Shown here in pieces: positions 17,558 through 25,345 of a stretch of 37,903 nucleotides of DNA (positions are counted from its first letter, which is position 1; each line of letters starts with the position of its first letter). The stretch spans positions 1 to 37,903 of the forward strand of contig JBIJDE010000003.1 in the NCBI GenBank assembly GCA_044344305.1, written 5' to 3'. The translations under genes were made by a program, and so were the position numbers. Source of the stretch: Armatimonadota bacterium. Its GTDB lineage: Bacteria; Armatimonadota; Hebobacteria; CAIYQO01. The notes below the pieces were generated by a model. That model was not told where the DNA came from. It saw nothing but the letters and a program-made list of their open reading frames with translations, and made no database searches.

Positions 17558-17687
17558 CTACTCGATCGACGTGATTTCGAAATCGTCCCCCTGCGCCTTC
17601 GGCGAGAGGGTGCTAATACGCAGCCAGATATTCGCCTTCAGGTCGGCGGCCAGGCAACGATCGAGATCTGTCTGCATACAAACTCAT
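17558..17687 (-). pseudogene. Deletion scar: coupled gene start joined out of frame to an orphan 3' end
   Basis: GAGGAG RBS and an ATG at 17687 overlapping the GH1 stop give only 24 codons. Another, GC3-rich frame reads DLDRCLAADLKANIWLRISTLSPKAQGDDFEITSIE* and ends where the sequence turns AT-rich. Confidence 0.55.
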
Positions 17688-19045
17688 GTCAACTCCTCGC
17701 CATTCGTTGCGATCAGCTTACTATACCAATCAAAACTGTCTTTCGGTGTGCGCTTCTGGGTGGCGTAATCTATATGAATCAGGCCAAACCGCTGTTTGTA
17801 GCCCTCGGCCCATTCAAAGTTGTCCATCAGCGACCAGTAGAAATAGCCACGCACGTCCACGCCGTCGCTGACAGCCCGGCTCAGTGCCTTCAGGTACTGT
17901 CGCGTGAAATGGATGCGGTACGGATCGTGGACCGCGCCGTCCTCGGTGACCCAGTCGTGGCCGGACATGCCGTTTTCGGTGATCACAATCGGCAGCTTGT
18001 AGCGTTCGGCCAGGAAACGTGGTCCCCAGTAGAGCGACTCTGGCACCGTGTGCCAACCCATCATCGTGATCGGGTGTCCCTGCACCTCCTGGCGCTCCGG
18101 ATAGTCGCCGGTGTCATTGGTACGCGGCTCGACGGTCACCCCGCCGTAGATGTTAGCCCCGAGAAAGTCCAGCGGTTGATGCATCAGTTCCATGTCTCCC
18201 GGCTGCACCGGCGGCAGAACGTCGTGGAAAAGTTTCAGATGGTCTTCCGGGTATCTTCCCAGAAGCATTGAATCCATATAGAAGGCGTTGTTGAAATGGC
18301 CACGGTTGGTGACGGCAAACATCGCCTGGCGCGCCAGTTCAATCCCTTCCGGGTTGTCTTGCGGCGGTATCTTGACGAATGCCGCCGGGGCAAAACCGAT
18401 TTGCGCGGGCTGGCGTGCCTCGGCGCGCAACGCCTGCACCGCCTTACCGTGTGCGCAAAAGGCATGATGGCAGACGCGCAGCATCTCGGCATCGGCATAC
18501 TTGACTCCCGGCGCGTGCGAGCCGGCCACGTGCCCGAGGGCCAGGAACATCTGCGGCTCGTTGAAGGTCATCCAGTTAGTGACGCGATCCGACAGGTGCC
18601 GGGCCACCACCTGGGTATACTCGGCAAACCAGTCAATCGAATCGCGGTTCAGCCAACCGCCGCGGCAGAAGAGTTCATGAGGATAGTCCCAATGAAACAG
18701 CGTTAGCCACGGCTGGATGCCGGCGGCCAGCAATTCATCCACCAGCCGGTCGTAAAAGTCCATCCCCTTTTCATTCACCCGCCCCACGCCCTCGGGCAAT
18801 ACCCGCGACCAGGAGACGGAGAAGCGATAGCCGCGCAGACCGAGTTGTTTCATCAGCGCCACATCTTCCCGCATCCGGTTATAATGGTCACAGGCGACAG
18901 CGCCGTCCTGACCGTTCCAGATGGCACCGGGCTTGCGGCAGAGCATGTCCCACACCGACAGACCGCGGCCGTCCGCGGACGCCGCACCTTCAATCTGATA
19001 CGCGGCCGTCGCCGCACCCCATACAAAATCAGTAGCAAATTTCAC
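17684..19045 (-). CDS. Glycoside hydrolase family 1 beta-glucosidase
   Basis: FVWGAATAAYQIEG, TFNEP (acid/base), ITENG (nucleophile) and WSLMDNFEW. Start set at GTG 19045 with AAGGAG RBS rather than 19138. Confidence 0.95.
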   Translation of the reverse strand: MKFATDFVWGAATAAYQIEGAASADGRGLSVWDMLCRKPGAIWNGQDGAVACDHYNRMREDVALMKQLGLRGYRFSVSWSRVLPEGVGRVNEKGMDFYDRLVDELLAAGIQPWLTLFHWDYPHELFCRGGWLNRDSIDWFAEYTQVVARHLSDRVTNWMTFNEPQMFLALGHVAGSHAPGVKYADAEMLRVCHHAFCAHGKAVQALRAEARQPAQIGFAPAAFVKIPPQDNPEGIELARQAMFAVTNRGHFNNAFYMDSMLLGRYPEDHLKLFHDVLPPVQPGDMELMHQPLDFLGANIYGGVTVEPRTNDTGDYPERQEVQGHPITMMGWHTVPESLYWGPRFLAERYKLPIVITENGMSGHDWVTEDGAVHDPYRIHFTRQYLKALSRAVSDGVDVRGYFYWSLMDNFEWAEGYKQRFGLIHIDYATQKRTPKDSFDWYSKLIATNGEELT

Positions 19046-19046
19046 A

Positions 19047-20057
19047 TCAATCTCCTTGGTTGAACAGGCCGTCAACGCGACGGCACAATGTTGATAACGC
19101 CGACCCGGCTCCGGCAAAGCGAGTGATCGAAGGCACACCGTCGATCCAGTCGAGTCGGTCGACGCACATCTGCCGGTCGGTCATGGCTTCGTTCCAGGCA
19201 TGGTAAACCGCGTAGTCCACGCCCTCGGGCGAAGTGACAATCGAGTGGTGCCCCGGCCCGATCACCTGGCCCGGCACCGAGCGCATTAGTTGCGGGCCGC
19301 GCTCGCAACCTATTTCCCGCCAGGGGCCAAAAATATTGTCTGCCTCCAGCCAGTCCACGCCGTAACTGTCATTCTGGTAACAGCCGCCAGAGTAGAAGCA
19401 GTAATAACGGTCGCCACGCTTGCAGACAGTCGGCCCTTCGAGTGTATACCAGTCAGCCACGACGCCATGGCTATTTTGCTGCACTTCGTACCGCTGCCAG
19501 GGCCAATGGGCGCGCATTACCACCTGCGGGTTGCCCTCCAGTTCGGTCATGTTTTTCAGGCGGTCCACCACCATCGCCGTACCACGATAAGTCTTGTCGT
19601 CAAAGTCAAGAAAGTTGGTCGCGTAGAACAGGTACCACTGGCCGTCATCGTCCTGGAAGGCGTGCGAATCGATGGCGAAGGGATTCTTGTCCGGATCGGT
19701 CAACGGCGTGCCAGTATCGCGGTACGGCCCTTCGGGGTGGTCGGCCACGGCGACGCGGATGTGATAGCCTCCCTTGTCGGCCCGGCAGGGATGGTAATAC
19801 ATATAGAAGCGATCATCGTGGACGGCGATCTCCGGCGCCCAAAAACAAATGAAGGGCTCAGTCGGCAGTTCGAGCACCCGCCCGACCCGTTCCCAATGTT
19901 GCAAGTCGCGCGACTTCACCATTGGCACCACGTGGGGCCCTTTGAAGGAGGGTGAGTAGCCCTCGCCCTTACCGGTGGCGACGGCGTAGTACCAACCGTC
20001 GTAACGAAAGCAGAATGGGTCGGCAAGATAGTCCGGTAGAACCGGGTTGTTTTTCAT
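19047..20057 (-). CDS. Glycoside hydrolase family 43
   Basis: ADP, WAPE, AIDS, LEGP and GPGH five-bladed propeller motifs. Confidence 0.92.
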   Translation of the reverse strand: MKNNPVLPDYLADPFCFRYDGWYYAVATGKGEGYSPSFKGPHVVPMVKSRDLQHWERVGRVLELPTEPFICFWAPEIAVHDDRFYMYYHPCRADKGGYHIRVAVADHPEGPYRDTGTPLTDPDKNPFAIDSHAFQDDDGQWYLFYATNFLDFDDKTYRGTAMVVDRLKNMTELEGNPQVVMRAHWPWQRYEVQQNSHGVVADWYTLEGPTVCKRGDRYYCFYSGGCYQNDSYGVDWLEADNIFGPWREIGCERGPQLMRSVPGQVIGPGHHSIVTSPEGVDYAVYHAWNEAMTDRQMCVDRLDWIDGVPSITRFAGAGSALSTLCRRVDGLFNQGD

Positions 20058-20070
20058 CAGGCATTCCTCT

Positions 20071-21510
20071 TTAAAAGTAACTGCGGCGCAGCGGCAAGGG
20101 GTCGGTGGTGAAGGCTATGCGGTCGCAGAGGTCGGCGAGGAGGTCTCCCCGTAGAGAAACACAGTCGTCCTGCCGCCAGCAGTTATGCAATTCGTGTGGA
20201 TCGACGAGGAGGTCGTAGAGTTCGCCGTCCTCCTGGCCATGGGCCCGCACCAGTTTGTACCGTGATGTGCGTATCATGCTGGCCCAGGCTTGGGGATCGT
20301 GACTGAAGCCGGCGTTGCCATATTCGCAATATACGCTCTCGCGATGCATACGGGACAGGTCAGGGTCAGCGAGTAGCGTCCCAAGAGAGCACCCCTGCAT
20401 GCCGGGGTGTTCCGGCTGGCCGCACGCCTCGAGCAGGGTTGGGGCAAGGTCCACCAATTCGACCAGAGCGTCCCGGCGCGTCCCTGGGGCGATCCGGCCG
20501 GGCATTGCCAGTATCAGCGGAACCCGCACTGCCCCCTCATAAAAGTATGGCCCCTTGAGGTAAAGACCATGGTCGCCCAGCATCTCCCCATGATCAGAAG
20601 TGAAGATTACCAACGTATTGTCACGCTGCCCGGTCTCGTCAAGCACCGCCAACAGGCGGCCAACTTTTTCGTCGATGTCCTCGACCATGGCGTAGTAGGC
20701 GGCCCGGATCCAGCGTTGGTCGCGGTCGCTCATACCGGTTGCTGTCATCCCCTTACCACCATAAGCGCCGCGCCGATCGATGGCCTGCCACACCGGCTTG
20801 TCCGCGTCCTCTCCCTCCCGGCGCCATGGCAGAGGGAGTCCATCAACCCGTCCGCGCCAGTCCTCGACCCGGTCAGCGGGCAAACGGAACGGATGATGGG
20901 GATCGAAGAGATTGAGCGAAAAGAGCCAGGGCCGTCCATCGTTCGGAGCCTGGCGAATGAAGCCCTCAGCCATTGCCGCCGCCCAGGCTGTGGCGGTGCC
21001 ATGAGAGGGCGGGCCAACCTCGACCTTGGGGGCGTCGGGAAGCAAGGTAAACTGCCGCGACAGACCGAGTCGATCAAGCCATTTCCCGTATGCGGCCCAA
21101 GGCCACTGGTCGTGGTGCCAGAAGAAGGCCGTATCGTCGTAGCCGTCATCAATGCGCCGCTCTGGTTGCCCCTGTAGGATTTTTGGATCGCAGGCACTCA
21201 GGTGCAGCTTGCCAGCCAGGCCGCAGCGCCAACCGGCGTCCCGCAACAGTCGGGTAACCAGAATCTCGTCAGCCGGTATATTCTGGCCATTTTGTCGGCA
21301 ACGGGTGGTACGGGGATAGCGGCCGGTGAGGAAGCTGGCCCGACTCGGGGTGCACACCGGCGACTGGCTGAAGGCGAGTGGGAATAAGGCACCATCACCC
21401 GCCAGACGGTCAAGGTGCGGAGTACGGACATGCGGGTTGCCAAGACACCCGAGGGTGTCCCAGCGCTGCTGGTCGGTGGTAATCCAGAGGATGTTGGGGC
21501 GATCATTCAC
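20071..21510 (-). CDS. Sulfatase (S1, Cys-type), homolog of 7465..8886
   Basis: PNILWITTDQQR, CTPSRASFLTG, GKLH, DPHHPF and FTSDHG motifs. Confidence 0.93.
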   Translation of the reverse strand: MNDRPNILWITTDQQRWDTLGCLGNPHVRTPHLDRLAGDGALFPLAFSQSPVCTPSRASFLTGRYPRTTRCRQNGQNIPADEILVTRLLRDAGWRCGLAGKLHLSACDPKILQGQPERRIDDGYDDTAFFWHHDQWPWAAYGKWLDRLGLSRQFTLLPDAPKVEVGPPSHGTATAWAAAMAEGFIRQAPNDGRPWLFSLNLFDPHHPFRLPADRVEDWRGRVDGLPLPWRREGEDADKPVWQAIDRRGAYGGKGMTATGMSDRDQRWIRAAYYAMVEDIDEKVGRLLAVLDETGQRDNTLVIFTSDHGEMLGDHGLYLKGPYFYEGAVRVPLILAMPGRIAPGTRRDALVELVDLAPTLLEACGQPEHPGMQGCSLGTLLADPDLSRMHRESVYCEYGNAGFSHDPQAWASMIRTSRYKLVRAHGQEDGELYDLLVDPHELHNCWRQDDCVSLRGDLLADLCDRIAFTTDPLPLRRSYF

Positions 21511-22697
21511 GAGCTCTGACCTCCCAGCTCCATCCGGCAGTGCGACCAGCCTTGCGGGGTTCTGAGGTAGAGCGTCGCGGCGCCGTCCCCGGCCAGCCAG
21601 CGGACTTCGCCGATCTGCCCTTCGTCGAACCGCGGCGCTTCGGCGCAGGCATCCGCGAGTCGCACGCCTTCTCCGGCAAAGCCGACCACCGGTTGCCAGG
21701 ACGCCCCGCCGGTGCCGGAGGCGAACTGGTTGATCTGCTGGTCGCGCGGGACGTGCGGATTGTACAGTGTGCCGACCACGGTGCAGGCCTCCAGCGTGCC
21801 GTCAAAGACCTTCACGAAGGGGTGCTTCGCCGACGGGTTGATGAAGGTGCCGGCGAAGAAGCAGTGCGTGCCGCGTCCGGTCAACCGGACGGCGACCCCC
21901 TGCGATCCTTCGAGCTTCAGCCAATCGCCCCCGCCCTGCACCATGCACGATTCGAAGCGCTGGAACGGCGCATCGACGAGGAAGCCGACCTCCTGGCACT
22001 CGTCCACCTGACACTGGCTGAAGCAGTCGTTCCAGCCGCCGCAGTGGAAGCCGATCTTGAACGGGCGGTGCCGCCCTTTCCAGACATGGACCTGATGCCA
22101 GCAGGTGCTGCCGGAGGCGCCCTTGACGCCGATGTCGTAGCCGATCGTCAGCAGTTGGGTGACCTGGTTGTCGCTGCCGCGCACGACCTCGACGCCGATC
22201 GCGTCGGGCAGGCAGGTCACGTCGAAATCGATCTGCACGCGCACTCCGCGCAGCGTCGTCTCGTACCAGCCTTGCTCGCCGATGCGGATGCCGCCCGCCA
22301 GGCAGTTGAAGATCTCCAGGTCGTGCAAGACGAACCGGCGCGTCCAGCGGCCGATGACGCCGTGGATCGGCAACTTGCCGCCGTCGATGATGCCGCCGCC
22401 GATGCGGCCCGAGTAGCCATGCGCTGTCCAATCCAGGTCGCCGGCCGGCCTCTCGCCCTTGATGACGACAGCTTCCCCCTCGAAACCAGGCATGGCGAAG
22501 AGCCGCGCTGCCGGCGCCATGGCGATCGAGACGTGGTTGGGCACGACGACCGGACGCAAGACGCCGAAGTCGCCGTCCGGAATGTGGACGGTCGCCTGGT
22601 CGCAGTCGGCCAATGCGGTACACGCGGCGGCGAAGGCCGACGACCAGTCGCCGGCCGGGCCGGGTTGGAAGTCAAGTATCGAGATGCCTCTGTTCAT
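21507..22697 (-). CDS. Right-handed beta-helix protein (pectate_lyase_3-like), homolog of 5716..6750
   Basis: DWSSAFAAA...IPDGDF leader, GGIIDG, QVHVW and GWNDCFSQC. AGGAG RBS; strong GC3 bias in this frame. Confidence 0.78.
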   Translation of the reverse strand: MNRGISILDFQPGPAGDWSSAFAAACTALADCDQATVHIPDGDFGVLRPVVVPNHVSIAMAPAARLFAMPGFEGEAVVIKGERPAGDLDWTAHGYSGRIGGGIIDGGKLPIHGVIGRWTRRFVLHDLEIFNCLAGGIRIGEQGWYETTLRGVRVQIDFDVTCLPDAIGVEVVRGSDNQVTQLLTIGYDIGVKGASGSTCWHQVHVWKGRHRPFKIGFHCGGWNDCFSQCQVDECQEVGFLVDAPFQRFESCMVQGGGDWLKLEGSQGVAVRLTGRGTHCFFAGTFINPSAKHPFVKVFDGTLEACTVVGTLYNPHVPRDQQINQFASGTGGASWQPVVGFAGEGVRLADACAEAPRFDEGQIGEVRWLAGDGAATLYLRTPQGWSHCRMELGGQSS

Positions 22698-22705
22698 CGG
22701 GTCTC

Positions 22706-24775
22706 CTATTGAAAACGGTTCACACGATCGGCGATCGCTACCCGCGCATACCCTTCGGTGAAGCGCACCGGGTTGGCGCGGCTGGCTAGGTAGGCACGGA
22801 CATAGGGAGAATCGGCGCCCGGCGCGGCGGTGACGCTGAGGTCGAAGGCGAAGGCGTCCGCATCGTCAGGCAAACCCAGGGTCGCGAACGGCACGAGCAG
22901 CCGCAGCCGGTAACGGCCGGTTCCGGTCTCGCACGCGGCGCTTACGGCGGATTCGTCCACGAGGCCGTGATCGGTCGCGCGCTGGATGCGAACCGGGCGT
23001 CCGTCCGCCGGCGGGGCGATGAGCAGTTGGGCCTTCGTCCCGGCCGGCGCGTCCGGCGGCGCGACGAAGAGCTCCAGGCTCGACGCCTCCCAAGGGTTGT
23101 CGGCCTGCGCCAACCGGTGCTCGGTGATGTCGAGGTCGATGGCGAGTGAGGCCCCCGCCGCCGCCAGGCGCACGGTGGCCAGAGGGTGACCGGCCGGGGC
23201 GATGGTCGCGGTGGTCCAGCGTTCGTTCGGCGCCAGCGCTTCCGCCGAGGCGGCCGTGGGGATCCGCGGCAGGATCAGCTTCGGGCCGGGCCCCAGCTCG
23301 GTCACCGGCTTGGCGGCCTGGAAGGGGTACTTGGCCAGGCTCACGGCCAGATGCATGAGGAGCTGGCGGGTCATCGCTTCGCGGCGGGCGAAGTGTTCCG
23401 GGGCGTGATAGAGATCGTGCCACTCCTGGGGGTCCTCGGCGAGATGGAAGAGGTTGCCCTTGACCTGGTCGGTGCGCAGCAGCGCGCCCGGCACCTCGCC
23501 GTCGAGCCAGAGGATGAGCTTCCAGTCCTTGGTGCGCCAGGCATAGGTCGGAGCCGCCTGCAACTGCTCGTAGCCCTTGCCGTGCATCTCGGTGAAAGTC
23601 CCCAGCCGACAGGGCGGCCCCAGCAGGTCGCCGCCGGGCAGTTCGGGTGGAATGGCCACGCCGGCTGCCTCCAGCAGGGTCGGCAGGATGTCGACCAGTT
23701 CCGCGGGCCGGTCGTCGACGGTCCCGCACTTCTCGGCCGGCACCCCTGCCCCGGCGATGATCAGAGGCACTCGGATGCTGTCCTCGTAGAGGCAGAACTT
23801 GGCGAAGCGATGGCCGCGATTAGCCAGCATCTCGCCGTGGTCGGAGCACCAGAGGATCAGGGTGTTCTCGAGTTCTCCGGTGCGGCGCAGTGTCGCGATG
23901 GCTTTGCCGAAGCAGTCGTCGATATAGCTGCAGAGGGCGTAGTAGCGCAGCACCGCCCGTTTTCGCATTTCAGGATCGAGCGCCTTCCAGCCCGCGGCCC
24001 GGTTGTCGGGAGCGACGTGATCGTCGTACGGACAGTCGGTTTCCCAGGGCGGGAGCGGGAGTTCCTCGATCTCCGCGATGTCATAGAGTTCCTCGTAACC
24101 CGGTGGCACATTGTGCGCACAATGGGGGTAGTTGAAGCTTAGGTAGCAGAAGAAAGGTCTGGAACGATCCCGACCACCTTCGAGAAAGTCGATGGCCTGA
24201 CGGGTGAACCAGCCTTCATGATGCTCGTCGGCGGAGAGCGCCGAGGTCTGGCCGATGTAGCCGGAGATGCTCGAGCCGCCCCGGCCGTGCGCCCGATGTT
24301 CCTCCTCCATCATCCCGACGGCTTGGGCCATGGCCGGATCCTCCTCCCAAACCGCCATGCCCGGCTCGTAGTACATGTGCCCCGGCCGACCATTGCAGGC
24401 GCGGATCTCGAAGCCGCGGGTGGTCGGCTCCCAAGGCACGCCGGCCTGGTCCTCGTACCAGTGGGTCTTGCCGAAACCGGCGGTTTGGTAACCGGCCGCC
24501 CGGAGCCGCTGTGCCAGGACTGGCAGCGGCAGCAGCTCGTCGTGCGGCACGATCTGGGTATTGTGCTTCAGCCCCGTCTGTGACCCGTAGAGCCCCGTCA
24601 TCATGGAGTAGCGGCTGGCGACGCACATGGGCACCTGACAGACTGCCTGGGTGAAGCGGATCCCCCGCGCCGCCAGGGCGTCGAGGTTGGGGGTCTTGAG
24701 CACGGGGTCCGCGCAGCCGATGGCATCGTGGCGGTGCTGATCGGTCATCAGGAACAGGATGTTCGGTTGTTTCAT
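22706..24775 (-). CDS. Sulfatase with an extra C-terminal beta-sandwich (CBM9-like) domain
   Basis: PNILFLMTDQHR, CVASR (CxAxR), GKTH and SDHG. The last ~190 aa contain PWEASSLELFV, YRLRLLVPFATLG and FAFDLSV, a CBM9/DOMON-like pattern. Confidence 0.88.
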   Translation of the reverse strand: MKQPNILFLMTDQHRHDAIGCADPVLKTPNLDALAARGIRFTQAVCQVPMCVASRYSMMTGLYGSQTGLKHNTQIVPHDELLPLPVLAQRLRAAGYQTAGFGKTHWYEDQAGVPWEPTTRGFEIRACNGRPGHMYYEPGMAVWEEDPAMAQAVGMMEEEHRAHGRGGSSISGYIGQTSALSADEHHEGWFTRQAIDFLEGGRDRSRPFFCYLSFNYPHCAHNVPPGYEELYDIAEIEELPLPPWETDCPYDDHVAPDNRAAGWKALDPEMRKRAVLRYYALCSYIDDCFGKAIATLRRTGELENTLILWCSDHGEMLANRGHRFAKFCLYEDSIRVPLIIAGAGVPAEKCGTVDDRPAELVDILPTLLEAAGVAIPPELPGGDLLGPPCRLGTFTEMHGKGYEQLQAAPTYAWRTKDWKLILWLDGEVPGALLRTDQVKGNLFHLAEDPQEWHDLYHAPEHFARREAMTRQLLMHLAVSLAKYPFQAAKPVTELGPGPKLILPRIPTAASAEALAPNERWTTATIAPAGHPLATVRLAAAGASLAIDLDITEHRLAQADNPWEASSLELFVAPPDAPAGTKAQLLIAPPADGRPVRIQRATDHGLVDESAVSAACETGTGRYRLRLLVPFATLGLPDDADAFAFDLSVTAAPGADSPYVRAYLASRANPVRFTEGYARVAIADRVNRFQ

Positions 24776-25173
24776 AAGGTCTCCATTTGATTAGGGCTGC
24801 CGACAACGACAATCATCACCCGTGCATAACCGTCGGTATACTGGTTGATGCGTTTGGCCAGGTAGGCGCGGACATAGCCGGCCTCAGAGGCTGGCGCGGT
24901 GATGACGCTGAGGTCGAAGGCAAAGGTGGTCGCGTCGGTAGGCTGGCCCAGGGTCGCGAACGGCACGAGCAATCGCACCCGGTAGCGGCCAGCTCCTGTC
25001 ACGAACGCAGAGCTCACCGCAGATTCGTCGACGAGACCGTGATCAGTCACACGCTGGATGCGCGCCGGCCATCCACCCGGACCGCCCGGAAAATCTGTCC
25101 CTACAGATGGAGCAGTAAACCCCATAACATTTAATAAACCAGTTAACAACAGAGATATGATAAAGTATTTCAT
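24772..25173 (-). pseudogene. In-frame chimeric ORF: SGNH-type signal peptide fused to half of a CBM9-like domain
   Basis: MKYFIISLLLTGLLNVMGFTA resembles MKYFAISLLLTGILNIMGFTA (17409). The remainder matches the C-terminal ~85 aa of the adjacent sulfatase. Composition switches from AT- to GC-rich near 25090. Confidence 0.75.
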
Positions 25174-25230
25174 TTTTTCACCTGAATTTATATTTTTACT
25201 AAATTCTTGCTTCCGGGTATAGTCCCCCAA

Positions 25231-25245
25231 AAGAGAAAGTCCTGT
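25231..25245. repeat. Solo end of the CAGGACTTTC element
   Basis: AAGAGAAAGTCCTGT is the exact reverse complement of 6788-6802. Confidence 0.5.
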
Positions 25246-25345
25246 TTTTATTAGAGTTGTCCGGAAATAAGCCTAATCATGTTAATCCATGTAAATAAAA
25301 TATATCATGTGAACTCTAACTACCTGGGTTAAAGCTCCACCACAA

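Noticed and set aside
19046-19138. Extended GH1 N-terminus from the ORF track
   Set aside because: Overlaps the GH43 gene; GTG 19045 has a strong RBS and gives the canonical GH1 start.
22834-22850. CTGAGGTCGAAGG (also ~24908) resembling the 24-bp element
   Set aside because: Lacks the loop and CC-bounded flanks, and encodes the conserved FDLS strand in both domain copies; probably chance.
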